From Amoebophrya sp. A120 (lineage: Eukaryota > Protista > Dinoflagellata), in NCBI GenBank assembly GCA_905178155.1, contig CAJINV010000004.1, positions 9,524,625 through 9,588,624 on the forward strand: a stretch of DNA of 64,000 nt. Reading direction: 5' to 3'. Below the pieces are notes generated by a model. That model searched no databases, was not told the DNA's origin, and was given only the letters and a program-made list of their open reading frames with translations. Position 1 is the stretch's first letter. Each line of letters begins with the position of its first letter. The translations under genes and the position numbers were made by a program. This document shows positions 37,533 through 50,209 of the stretch, in pieces.

Positions 37533-40500
37533 ATGCGTGGTGTTTTCCGCTTCATTTTGAAGCGCCGTCGCTGTGCGATTGCATCCCTCGTTCTCGTCTC
37601 CGCCGTCGGGGCCGTTTCAATCGACGAAGGGGGCAGCATCGAATCCCAGGTCCTCGCGTTTTCAACGGAGATTCGCGATCGGCTGTTGTTGACAACAACG
37701 AACGAAGACGAAAACGAACGCGATGAAGATGACATCGTGGCGGGACAACCACGACGAGGAGGTTCACCAGCCAACCGGATGAAAAATCGACACCTGACCG
37801 AAGCCTCCCTCGAGTTTCTCCTCTCCTACTGCCACGAGCCTTTGCAAGGCCCCGGACTCCCGGAGGATTTCTCCTCCCGGTTTTCGCAGTGGCAACCGCG
37901 GTACATGCGGGATTCGTTGAAATGGGCCCGGCATTTCGAATCTCTGTTCCACGACAACAATTTGTACGCGCAGGTGCACAAGTGCCCGGGTTTGGTGCTG
38001 GACCTGATGATGAACACGGTTTTGCAGCAAGATCACGACATCAACCGCAATGCGGCGCAATACCGCTATCAGACCATCATAGACACGTCGAGGAGCTTGG
38101 TCAAGATGGGCGCGCAGGCGGCGGCGGGGCTGGTCAGGAATTTGAAGCAAGAACTTCAGGAGCGGGGAGCAGACGAGGACAGTGCGGCTCTTGCTGAAAA
38201 TAACGCAATTCAGATTCTGGAAACCTCGCTGGCGTCCCTTGCAGCAGAGCTGCAGCGACCAGTCACGGAGTTTAGTATTCTTGAAGTAGAGAATGAGAAC
38301 GCAGAGGGCACAAGAAAGGCGCAAAGAAAAGACGACCGCGAGGACGAAGAACCTCTCCACGTCCAAATAGAGCGTCTGACGAGCGGGTGGCTTGCGAAGA
38401 CTATCCGGGAGAAGTGGCGCGGCATGGACATTGCCAGGACGTATCCTACCCTGCTTGGAATAGAAAGCTTTCCCAGCCAACGACAGCAAGTGGGGGCAGA
38501 GAGGACTGGTTCTTCTTCTTCGGCGAGGACCACCCAAGTGACGCAAAAATCCTCCTGTCTGGGACAGAAATTCTTTGTTTACCCGCTGCACCAGATCTTC
38601 AGTACTCTCTCCGTTCTGAAATGCGCGTTCACGCAGTGGGGCACGGAAGTGCTGTTCCATCGCTATCTCGAGGAGTCTATGAATTGCAAAAGTATCGTAC
38701 TCGTATAAATGCATTACAAATTTCCTCAGCATGAGAAATAAAATCTGTAATGCAGATTTGCCTTGGGGACAAGATTTGTAATGCAGGACTTGCATTTATA
38801 CGAGTACGATACTTTTGCACAGGATAGAGTCGGAGTGTCGCGTCTCAGACCCGGACCTCGCAGACTGGTTTTTCGTGCCCATGTACTCGACCTGTTTGTT
38901 ATCAAAAGGAAAAATCCCCCCTCCCCATATCGAAAACGAAATTTGTGTTGCTGTATTTAAGTACACAAATCACATTTGTCTTGCAGTAAAGGACTGCACG
39001 CAGATCGTAAGCCTAAGGAGTGGCCTCTTGGTGTAGGGGCCTAGCATGGCAAACGTCTGCACTATAGGCCTTGCAGCATTACAAATCGCCCGCATATCGT
39101 GGCGGAGTCGCTGAGTTTGCCCTCTTGCACGAGAGACAGGATTTGTGGCCACAAATCAGCATCACAAATTTTTAGAAACATACCTTTTCAGTATGGGGAG
39201 GGGGGATTTTTCCTTTTGATATTTGTACGCCCCACTATGGCCCGAGCACGAGAAGAGGTTGGAAGCGGACGCAGACTACGCAAAACAGAGCGAAGAAGAA
39301 GCGCAGCAATGTGTCCTGGACGAGATTCGCGTGCGCGCAAGCACCGTACCCTCCTTGTCGTGGGCAGATTCCGAGAAGCGGGAGAAGATGGAACAGTGTG
39401 TTTTGCAAGAAGAGGGGTTTGGTACAACCAAGTCCACCTTGAAGATGCCAACATCAGAAACAGTGGTTGAGGCTGCAGGTGGGTCCAGTCAAGAGTTCGA
39501 AACAGAAAGCGCCACCGAATTCACGGAGCTTGTAGTTAAAGATACCGGTAGTGCGTGGGCAGCTGCACAAGAACCGTCGAGTTCTTCTGAGAAAGACCAA
39601 CATGGCGAGGACGTAAACCTGGACGGCTTGGGGTGGGACAGCGAGCAGATCGCTGGGTCGCTGTACGACGGAGATGTTCATTTTGAAGAGCAGGCGGCAA
39701 CTGTCATGTCTTCAACAGCTGCAAGAGCAGCCCAATCACCTCCAAAAGAACCCTTGGTCTCAACTGCTGCAACAGCCACGCCAACAGCTCCTGAGATGTT
39801 GCAAGTCTCACGAACAACAGATACTGCTTCTCTTGAAGATGCTGAACAGAGGAAAGTGACGTCTAACGCCACCTGCGGCTACCACGACTTGGACAACATT
39901 GCCAACCGGGAAATTTTCCAGCCCGCCATCCGCGACCAACTGTTTTTCAACTCAAAACACTACAACCGGAACCGCGGCACGGACCACATTTTTCTCTTCG
40001 CGGACGGACAAGGGCCGCGGTTGTTTGCGAACTTTCAGTTGCTGCAAAACTCGATTTTCCTCTCGGTCGAAGCTACTTGTCCCACCTGGGGAATCCGTCC
40101 GCACCTGCACAACGAGATGGACGTGTATGACTGCTTACAAACCACCTACAAGGACATCGTGATCCCCGGGCTAGTCACCTACGACCGGTCGGTTGGTTTG
40201 GCGAAAACCAATTTTCCGTCCGAGCAGCGCGACGCTTTGGTCATCTTCCACGGCCGACACCCGGAGAAAGCGCTGTCGCACCGGATGGCGAAGGTGCGGG
40301 GACACGTTTTGGACTTCTTCGAAAACCTTCCGGACGCCGACGTCTCCTCGGGCTTCGTAGAGAACTATTTCGAGCGGAAGGGGAGCGCGCACTTTTGTTT
40401 GATCCCGGGCGGGAGCTCACCCTGGACCGTACATTTATACGAAAGCTTCTTCGCCGGCTGCATCCCGGTGATCTTATCGGACGAGTACCAGGTGGCGTGG

Positions 40501-41130
40501 AAAACGGAGCTACCCTGGGAGGAGTTCTCGGTGAAGTGGCCGGAGAAGCCAGAACTACTGCCGGACTTGTATCGGTATTTGAAAAAAATTGTCGTAGAAA
40601 AGAAGCATCTGAGAATGAAATCCGCAGTCGACCGCGTCCGTTGCTGGTTCGACTACTTCTCGGAGGATCCGGACTGCAGCCCGTGGGCGATGTTTCAGCG
40701 GAAACTGAAGAAGCGGCTGCTTGTGAGGAGGTTGGAGGAGGAGACGCCGGCTGTGGTGTTTGGCAGTGGGGGTGAGGAAGATCAAGATGCGCATTATTTG
40801 GAGGTTCAGCAAGAGCCGGAAGCAGTAGCAAGAGAAAGTCTACTTTCACTTCTTGGCCAACTGGTCGAGCAGGAGTCGAACCCGCAAGGTGGACAAATCG
40901 CTATTCCGACAGCAAGTACTCCTGCTCATCGTCGTCCCGTTCGATACTGGTCGACGGGAGGACAAAGTGGCCGTGGAGACGCTGGTGCAGGTGCGGCTGA
41001 AGACCAGTCGACCGTTTCTTCAACATCTTTCGACTTCGTCCATTACGACCGACACTCGCGGTATCACACCACGGATCAAGAGTTGAATCTGGGACCGAAA
41101 AGGACTTTTGATTTGTTGCAGCGACCGTGA
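37533..41130 (+). CDS. Exostosin-family (GT47) glycosyltransferase
   Basis: KFFVYPL..QWGTEVLFHRYLEES|ECRVSDPDLADWFFVPMYSTCL|Y.., RNRGTDHIFLF, KDIVIPG, FCLIPGGSSPWTVHLYESFFAGCIPVILSD; N-terminal signal/anchor. Confidence 0.9.
38678..38826. mobile_element. Introner, family A
   Basis: TATGAATTGCAAAAGTATCGTACTCGTATAAATGCA...TGCATTTATACGAGTACGATACTTTTGCACAGGATA; DR GAGTC; splits a conserved GT47 motif. Confidence 0.92.
38900..39221. mobile_element. Introner, family F
   Basis: TATCAAAAGGAAAAATCCCCCCTCCCCATA...TATGGGGAGGGGGGATTTTTCCTTTTGATA; DR TTTGT. Confidence 0.92.
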
Positions 41131-41680
41131 GTAGGAGGATGACTTAGCGTCTATTGTGCGTGAGCTTCCCGTCATCTATTGTCGTGAACATGCTAGGGAT
41201 TGTACTTCATGCCGGCTACGACTGCGGTACTAGCTTGTTTTTCCGTGACTCCAATTTTCTGTTCGCGAAACAATGAATAAAACAAGCTGCTTGTGCTTCG
41301 AGTTTTGCTGAGTGTCAAAATTGAATGTCGAGCGCCCCACTGAGAACAACGAGGCGGAGACGCGAAAGTGGTTGGTACTCCTTTTTCACTGAGAGCACAC
41401 GATTGACGTGAAGTAGTAGCTACGGCCTGAGAATACAGCAAACACAATGTCCCGTCGCGGATCACCAGGGGCGTCGAGGGCATTGCCGCATCCGGTAACC
41501 TTGCGGCGCGCGCTCGCAAGGGGATGCTGGGCGGGTTTACCCTGCTCGCCGCTGATGGTGCTTCGTTGATAGAAGAGGTACAAGTACAGCTTGTTCCTAG
41601 AAGACCGCGACTACGGGTGGCACGTTGCTGCGCCGTGGCCTCCCCCGAAGAAGCTGCGAGCTTCCAGGTTTGCCGGGATC

Positions 41681-44600
41681 ATGGTGCGGCGCTTCGTCTT
41701 CGGCGTGCTGACCGCGAGCATTTGCGGTCGAGTGGTCGACGCGAAGTGGCTTTTCGACTACCTCAGCGATGAGGAAGTGGGGAGCATTGCCAACAGTACA
41801 GACGATGTAAAGACAGATGCGGTGCACAGTGTTGACAATGAAGCTTTTTATTATGCAAGCTGCGCATGATCCATACGAAAACAAAAACAAAATCAAAATG
41901 CAAATACTATACCCCAGGTCTCCCGAACATCGACATCGCCTCCCAGCAGCCGGACGTCGATGCTGAGGTGGATGACTGGGCGCCCGGAAAATCAGTCGAC
42001 GATCCGCACCCTATCTTCCTCACACCCGACCTCAGCAGCATCGTCACCACCACAGCACCTGTACTACAACCCGCTGCGCAACAACCGGCCACCACCACCA
42101 CCGCCCCCTCGCTGGAGGAAGAGGAGAACTTAGGCCCCGCGGCCGCGAAAGCAAAGGCCCTCGAGCGGATGAAAAACAAGAGGGAAAAACCGCAGATTCA
42201 GTGTGACCTAGCGACCGAGGTGATCTTGTCTCTCGGGAACGCGCGCTTGACGGAGGCTGTGATGCGAGACAGCCTGGGCAGCGAAGATCCGTGCGTCCTG
42301 GAAACCATTCGCGCCGGGCGGGTGCAGCAAATATCGGTACCTAGGAGCCTGCGGTTCCAGGTTGGGATGCTGGGAAGCAACTCGACAGCTGAAGTCGGGA
42401 ACAGCAGCTCCGGATTGAGCCTGAATAGCAGCATCGCGTTAATGTTTCTGCAGGAGGTGGGAGGAGAAGATCAAGTTCAAGACGAGGATCACGACCAAGC
42501 GCAATCTGCATCTGCGTTTCCTTTCCAGGACCCGAATAAGGTGAAACCCTTGCAGCATAAGCCCGCCGAGACAAAACCCACGCCCGAAAAGCCTACTGCG
42601 AAAGGGCCGGAGAACCAGCCGGCGTTTGCCAGGACCATTCCCGTCGGGGGGCCCGCGGCTCGGTTCCGGACCAGACTGCCGTTTCAACAGGTGAGGGTGA
42701 TTTCGATTTGCTTTTGCGAGTAGGAAACTAAATCATGTTGTCGTTGTCCACTATTTGCGGTTGCCCGATAATAGACCTGTTTTCGTTTTCCTCCACGTAC
42801 TTATAATCTTCTACAACTATCACTAGTATGTCAAAGACCCAAACTTCTATCAGGTCCTGAACGCGTTCTGGCTAAATTCCAATCCTTTCGGCCAGACCAC
42901 GGACAGTGTGTGTGCCATCTACCCGTCCAGCCGCGAGCAGGTGAAAATAGCGAAGCAAACGACAGAGATGGTCCGCCAGGTTTTCGAAGAAGACGCCAGA
43001 ACGCCTTCGCAGCTGCGGTTTCTTCTGCCCGGTGGCGAGGAGAATAACGTGAACGCCATGCTGCCCGCGGAACGCGAGCAGGCGAAAAATGCGGCGTTGG
43101 AGGAGCAAATGGTGTCAGCACTGGCGAAATCGAAAATCAGTAGTACTAGCAAGATGACAAGCTCTAGTACAGCAACAGCAGGGATGAAAACAGCTACATC
43201 AACAAACAAATTCGATCCAGCGAAGCCGTACACGCAGCAGGATTTAAAAAAAGTCCTGCACAACGTCGCGGACAAGTCGGGTGACGCCTCGGTGAAGCTG
43301 ATACGCATTGCAAAAGTATCGCACTAGTATAAATTGCATTACAAATTGCGCCAAGAACAAAATTGGAATTTGTAATGCTGATTCAGGTTGGGAAAAATAT
43401 TCGTCATGCTTTAGTGCAATTTATACGAGTGCGATAGCTTTTGCACAGCATAGCTGAAAAACGGGAACAAAAACGCGATATCCACGAAGGAGGGTATGAA
43501 GGAGTACGATAAGGAGCGAAAGGAGAAAGCTTTCTACGAGGCGGGGCTGACCCCCACCGGGGCATCGACAGTTTCGCCCCCTAGTACTTCCGCGACGGAT
43601 GTTGGGATAAAAGTTGGAGGCGCAGCTGCAGCTTCTGATCCACTTCTGGATTATTTCAACACGCCGGGGGGAGGATCAAGATCAACTTCATCTTCTGGTT
43701 ATCCTGTGCAAAAGTATCGTACTCGTTGTAGTAATCGCAGTTATGCATTAGAAATCTAGTTGGTTAGGTAAATCCGCATTACAAATTTAATTTGTAATGC
43801 TGAGCCAATTTGTATTGCGATTTGTCCTAGTGCGAAACTTTTGCAGTGCATACTGGTACGATCCCTAGATCCGCTCCTCCTCTCGGCTACAATCTAATGA
43901 CGGCCTCGGTGCAGGACGGTTTCAGCTACGACCCCCCGATATGCATTGCAAAAGTATCGCACTAGTATAACTAGCATCACAAATTCACTCAGCATTAGAA
44001 ATGGAATTTGTAATGTGGATTCCACCAAAGAAAGGGATTTGTAATGCACGACAGCGATTAGTACGAGTACGATACTTTTGCACAGGATACCTGACTTTGG
44101 TTTTCACCGAAGCACCTCTGCAAGAGCAAGACTTCCGCGGGCAAAGTATGGGACAACTCTCAAGCGTTACATTCTCGACTGTTACATGAATTTGCCACGT
44201 AAAATTGGCAGCTTCGCAGGACAAGTTCTCGACGCGCTAGATAGCACTTTAATCTACTCCAAATTCATGTAACAGTTGAGAATGTAACACTTGAGAACTC
44301 CATACAAACGGCGACGGACTACACGAAATCGATGCAAATGGTGCGGTTGGTGCATTCGCGGGGAAAGATCACGACAAGTCTGTGGAACGAGGAGAACATC
44401 CGGAAATTTCTATCAGAAGGAAAAATCCCCCCTCCCTATATCGAAAACGATGCTTGTGATGCTGTATTGGAGTACACAAATCAGATTTGTCTTGCAGTAG
44501 AGGACTGCAGGACCATGCCACGCCATGCCAATGTAGAGAGGTCTTGGCCTAGGCACTTAGCATGAGGAACGGCTATGCTGTAGGCCCAACAGCATTACAA

Positions 44601-47375
44601 ACCATCTGCGTAATGGGTCGGAGCCTATGCCGTTGCTTTCTTGCAAGACAGACGCGATTTGTGGTCACAAATCCGCATCGCAAATTCCCTGAGGCGTACC
44701 TTTTCAATATGGGGATGGGAGATTTTTCCTTCCGATAATTTCAGAATTTGCTGACCGGCACGACGAAGATCGCCCCGCCGATCCCGGTGGGCACCGCAAC
44801 GAAAAATTACATGGGTGTGGACGACGACGATGTAGCAGTTCATGCTGCGGAAAATAAAGACAAGGTCCCAGCATCAAAACCGAAAACAAGCTTGAACCCG
44901 ATCAGCTTGCTGTCCATGGCTATCAAATGTAAAAATGTCTGGGTCTGGAAGATTCCAAGATTTGTCATGCAGTTTGTCCAAGCTCCACCAAGTCTGGAAC
45001 GCAGGGCCTAGCATCACAGGTTCTGCAGCCCCTTGGTGATGCCCATTGTGCATGAGAAATGCCCTCTCAGCATGGCGAGAAATGGGGACCTTTTGCAAGC
45101 CATGCAACACAGATTTTTGTATGATCCGCAACACGCATCACAAGTTCGCACTCTTCCAGACCCAGACATTTTTGCATTTGATAATCGCGCTGCAACATCA
45201 AAAGTCGGGGCGGACCCCCGGGAGAAGAAGTACAGCTACATCTAGCAGAACGAATATCAAAGCGTCTTCTTTCATCTCAACAGCCACCACGTCGTTCGCC
45301 GTTGCACCACGAGCAGGAACAACATCAAAGCGGACGGCTGCAGAGAGCAGCGTAGCAACATCATTCCTGCAGATAGGTGAAGATGTGGTCGACGATCACA
45401 AAATGATGATGAACATGCTGGATAGGAACAGTGAGAAGAACGACCTCGCTGTGCTGCACCAGGAAAGGCACCATGATGGTCACGCTCACCACCACACCCA
45501 CAAGCATCTGCACGATGGTCAACACCGGAACGAAAAACAAAAAGAGCACCATCACCACCACCACCATCAGAGCCATCATCACCACAAGGATCCCTTGGGT
45601 CTGGTCGAGGCTGCAACTTCAGCCTCGTCTAGAATTACTCCGGCTCCTGTGGAGGAACAGCGAAAAGAAAGGCATGCGAACTACAAGCACAAAAGCTCCT
45701 TCGGGAAGGAGAAGACAAATCTTCGTCATCTCTTCGAGAGCGAGACGAGTACCAACCGGCTGAAGACGCACCACGGTACTTCTAATAAGAACGTCAGCTT
45801 GAAAATGATGAAAACGAAGAGTCCGGCAGGACGACAGTCACACGACCGAAATAGTTTTCAGTACTTGCAACTCTTCTCCGACAAAAGACCTTCCCCGGCA
45901 GGCGGCGTGGGGGCATCTCGTGGGGGCCAAAACGATGCAAATTTTGCCATCGGCAAACTTCGGCAGCCATCGTCCTCGATAATATCCGCGTGGTATCGGC
46001 ACGCGCACGGGAAAGGGGATGGAGCGGATGGTGAAGCGGGCCCGGAAAAATCGCGAGAGCAACTACAGCAGCTAGAGTTGCAAACTGCACCCCCTTCCTC
46101 ACAACAACATGGGCCGCGGCTCACATCTTCAACTACAGAATTGCTGGAGCGGGGGACGACGAGTGCAGCTCAGGCAGCGAAACTTCATAGGGAGCGAAAG
46201 ATGATGCAGACGGAGAAAAACGACAATGTGCAGCTGCAGAAGAACGAGCAAACTCATCTGCAAATACCGGCAACCACCGCCGGAAAAGAAGCCGAGCACG
46301 TGGCTCAGGCCGCGGGGGTGGTAGCTGCGGCGCAACACAAAACTGCACAAACAGCCGAAACCGACGAGGCCACAGCCGGTGGATCATCCGGAAGTACTAG
46401 TAGTGTCGTTAACCAAAGATCTCCCGAGGGGGCCGCGATCTCTGCCGCGACGTCTAGTGCGTATGCGTCTTCCGGTGCAGGATCGACTGCTGGAGGGAAA
46501 ACGGAGAAACAGGACCCCTCCGTTTTCGATGACTCAGAAGTTGCTGCAGCGATCAAAGAAGCGCAAGTCGGAGGTCAAGCGACTACTACAGCAGGGCCTG
46601 TTTCTGCGGACGGAGTTGCCAGAGCGAAGAACAAGGAGGAGGACTTGCGGGGAAAGCATGAGAGGCAAACCTGGGGTAATAAAACGTTCAGCATATAATT
46701 GCATGTTTGAGATTGTCGTGATGTTGCGAGAAGTCCTGCGAGCCTGAGATGTGCTGCAGTTGATTTTTTGGGAAAAATGCACGTGCTACTAGTAGTACGC
46801 TCCTTCTTCTAGAGTTGTCTAAATGAGCAATCACACAAAAAAACACACCTCAGCGTCCGAGTGGGTCCCTCTCATCGCCGGTATCGCGGTGCTCGTCGAG
46901 ATTGTCGCGCTGCTCTGCTTATGAACTGCAAAAGTATCGGACTCGTATAAATGCATTGCGAATTTTCTTAGCATGAGAAATAGAATTTGTAATGCTGATT
47001 TGCCTTGACAAAGGAATTTGTAATGCAAGACCTGCATTTATACGAGTGCGATACTTTTGCGCAGGATACTGCTGCGAAACGAATTTAGACACCTACGACC
47101 GCTCCCACTACTACCACAACTACTACTCCGACACTGATCGGTCTTCGCAAATCTCCACGCACTTAGCCGCGTCCTCCGCGAGAGGACGGTCTTCTTGCGC
47201 CAGCGGAACCGGGACCTCGCAGGATGAGGGGCCGGCGACGAGTATTTCCGCAACCCGGCAAGAGTGGACCACCAGGGTGCTGCTGCAGCATCAACTACAG
47301 GGAGGAACTACGCGGGAGAGCAATTTTCACAATCTGTACGAAGAGACCCGGAAAGCGAGCAGTAAATCGAAGTGA
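41681..47375 (+). CDS. Large secreted/membrane protein: signal peptide, His-rich tract, C-terminal TM (7 introners)
   Basis: MVRRFVFGVLTASICGRVVDA; HHHHHHHQSHHHH tract ~45470-45590; WVPLIAGIAVLVEIVALLC|C. Single-gene interpretation is inferred. Confidence 0.65.
43302..43452. mobile_element. Introner, family A
   Basis: TACGCATTGCAAAAGTATCGCAC...GTGCGATAGCTTTTGCACAGCATA; DR GCTGA. Confidence 0.88.
43700..43852. mobile_element. Introner, family A (reverse orientation)
   Basis: TATCCTGTGCAAAAG...CTTTTGCAGTGCATA; DR CTGGT. Confidence 0.9.
43940..44089. mobile_element. Introner, family A
   Basis: TATGCATTGCAAAAGTATCG...CGATACTTTTGCACAGGATA; DR CCCGA/CCTGA. Confidence 0.88.
44147..44304. mobile_element. 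Introner, family C
   Basis: TATGGGACAACTCTCAAGCGTTACATTCTC...GAGAATGTAACACTTGAGAACTCCATA; DR CAAAG/CAAAC. Confidence 0.85.
44411..44737. mobile_element. Introner, family F
   Basis: TATCAGAAGGAAAAATCCCC...GGGAGATTTTTCCTTCCGATA; DR ATTTC; homologous to 38900-39221. Confidence 0.9.
44921..45183. mobile_element. Introner, family E
   Basis: TATCAAATGTAAAAATGTCTGGGTCTGGAAGA...TCTTCCAGACCCAGACATTTTTGCATTTGATA; DR ATGGC/ATCGC. Confidence 0.88.
46920..47068. mobile_element. Introner, family A
   Basis: TATGAACTGCAAAAGTATCG...CGATACTTTTGCGCAGGATA; DR CTGCT. Confidence 0.9.
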
Positions 47376-48142
47376 GGACGAGGAGTAGGAGAGCAGAGGG
47401 AAAATAAGCCTGGCAAGTGAAGGAGAAAAGGCGCAAATATGTAGAATATAATTACAGAAGTCCTCTCACAGGTCGTGAGCCGTTGCAGCCGACCAAAAGA
47501 TGTCACCAACTCACCGTCGGGTGTGAAGTAAGAGAACATAGAATATGTTGTTGTCCACTCATTTAGAGGAGGGAACCTCATGAGAATAGAGAGCAAAGGA
47601 GACTTCTTCTACGCGGAGGTTTTTGTACAATCACAAAAGCGTATTTATCAACAGAGACAAGGACAACATCAGAAAGAAGAGTACCGCAAATAATTTGTCG
47701 CTTCTACTGGCCCCACAGTAGCTATGTACGGCTGCGAGTCTTTACGAGTGTTGTGTTCTACGGCCAAAAAAAATTGAGCGAAGTGACGAGGAGTTTATTT
47801 GACGCAGCGATGCGTTCTCTGTAGGACATCACGAGGGCGCTTCTCAGCGTTTGTAACGCGCCGGAATGTAAGCCTCGGAAGGATGAAAAACGAAAGGTAG
47901 ACGTACCAGGACCAGGACGAGGCCTGAAATTCAAAGAAACAGAAACTGAGGAAAATAAAACCTGAATGCCTGAACCCCAGTGGGCGCAAATAGATTGAAC
48001 TCCCTGTTTTTATCAACAAGACCTAGACGACCTTGATCTGAGTTTGTACACCTTGAGGACAATCGGCGACGTCGGTGTCGTGTTACTACATCAAGAAATG
48101 TCAGTTGATCTCTCCGCATCTGCGGGACCACCGCCCGCTTCG

Positions 48143-49203
48143 ATGAGCGCTTCCTATGAACTGCAAAAGTATCGTACTCGTATAAATGCATTGCAAATTT
48201 TCTCAGCATGAGGATTAAAATTTCTAATGCGGATTCACCGTAGGAAAAAAATTTGTCATGCATATTTGCAATTAAGTACTACGAGCGCAATACTTTTACA
48301 CAGGATACTTCCGCTCCTCCACCAATGTCAGCAGCGGGGACCGCCGCGGCAGCGAGGGCGGGATCCGCGTCTTTGGTCGAATCAGCGGTGGGGACTGCAA
48401 AGACCGTCCTGGATCGCTCAGTCACGGAAGTGAGAAATTTCGTGGAGCAGAATCCGAGCCAGATTCGAGCGACGGTATTGCATAGGTGGGTGAGGAAAAC
48501 CTTGTGTTTTTCGCGATAAGTTACAAAATCATTAGCTTCGGCGGGCGGAGATAGAGACACAGACGCTAAGCAGAAGCAAAAAAACTGACCAACCAATATA
48601 TAAAACAGGTTTTCCTGATGGGCCTGGCCCAGGCGGTATATTGCGGCCTTGGCATCGTGAACATTTTCGCGCTCTCTTTTACCCCTGTGGAATACATGGT
48701 AAACCTGTATCTTTGCCTCTTCGCTGTCGTCACACTGATTCTGGAGGGGAAGCCGGAGTGGCCGGGCGTTTCCGGGGTGCAAGAGAAAATTTTCTTCCAA
48801 GCGCACTTTTTGTCCACGGTGCACGGCAGGGCGGGCTTCTACATGTTCCAAGGCACGTTTGGGATGGCCAGGTGAGAGATTTAGATTGAAGAAGCTTCTA
48901 GTGCCGGAAAGAGATGTGAGTACTTTTTAGGTTTGCTGTTTATTCATGTCGTTCTGCTCGGCCGGGGTTCTACTCCTCGGGTTGTAAATTTAGAAGATCT
49001 GATTTTCATCCAAAAATTCCAGATACGACTCCGATTTCCTGATGTTCGTCTTCGGTTTAGGCTTCTTCGCAATCGGCGCCCTAGTGCTCGCGCAGCAATA
49101 CAGAAACCGGGGGCAGACCGCAAATCTCCCAAGCGAAAACTTGCTGAGGGATTACCACGGGCAGGGCGGAAACCTGCCGCCTCCGACGGTGAACGCTGTG
49201 TGA
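48143..49203 (+). CDS. COPI-associated (Tvp15-like) membrane protein
   Basis: Hydrophobic helices; NLYLCLFAVVTLILE and FLSTVHGRAGFYMFQG resemble the COPI_assoc family. One introner and two GT-AG introns. Confidence 0.7.
48155..48307. mobile_element. Introner, family A
   Basis: TATGAACTGCAAAAGTAT...ATACTTTTACACAGGATA; DR CTTCC; 12 bp after the ATG. Confidence 0.9.
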
Positions 49204-50209
49204 AGTAGGAGCGGACACGGTTTCTGAACTGGTGGCAGCCCGTGGACTACGCCGCGACGAGATCGATTCTAAAATTGGATCCGGATGATCAAACGCCTGA
49301 AATGCCTCTTAAGCGGCTCTATGCCTGAATACTTTGATACTCTTCAGCATTTTCCAGTCTCACCTGCGAGCTTCTCGAGCCAGCCTGTTGTACACTATGA
49401 TGTTATGAGGATGAGGAATGAATACCCGGAAAATCTAAATTTTGCGGAATAGCAAAATGAACGCGTAGGTCGTGGGAGAGTGACTTGTCTGGAATGAGCG
49501 CATAGCTTGCTTTTTGAAGAAGTGCACACGTAAAGATATTAGAACTCGAGGGCAGGAGCGCCGAATTTCGTTTAGTCTGCGTTTTCTGTCCATTGAGGAG
49601 ATCAACGCGGCTTTTTAAACGTCAATTGTCGCCAGCGAACTGCAACTGGTGAAGTTCCCGATATTCGTATTCCAATTTAAAGATCATCACCTCTATGCTC
49701 CTTGTGAGGGCACAGTTCGATCGTAATTGCGCATATCCGCTGATCCAAGTTGAGCTCGTGGCAGCTCGCTTTGAAAATTTAAATTTCGGTTCCGATCAAG
49801 ATCGCAAGTCCTAACATGACCTGTTTAGTTCCGTAAGATTACCTGATCTAAAGAGTGGCTTTCCAAGAAGTCCAAAGGATCAACAACGTGTGACGCTAGC
49901 CATGAGGAAGATCATTTCAGGCAAAAATAACGATCCGGTTCTAAAATAAATTTTCGATGTAAAAACGGAAATCTAAATTTAGATCCTCGCGAACCACGAC
50001 ACGAGGAGGTTCGCATACTAGACTGGAAATAAGGTAAATGATCATCACCAAGTACATCACGTTATGACACTTCCCAATCGAAGACTCGTCTCCACTTCGA
50101 AACTCCTATAACCATCCTATCTCCACACAGGGACCCGAGGCTCAGAGTAGTGCTTCGCTATATCACATTGTGATCCTTCTTCAACCACAACACCCAAAAC
50201 CTTTCCAAA

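Noticed and set aside
37764-38795. Long minus-strand ORFs (also 53035-53985) and plus-strand 62094-62780
   Set aside because: Antisense shadows of real GC3-rich coding regions; no motifs.
16449-48307. Recurrent CAAAAGTATCGTACTCGTA repeats as a CRISPR array or a repeated peptide (e.g. CKSIVLV, LYEYDTFA)
   Set aside because: They are dispersed inverted pairs bounding introners. There is no regular repeat-spacer structure and no cas genes; the peptides are read-through artefacts.
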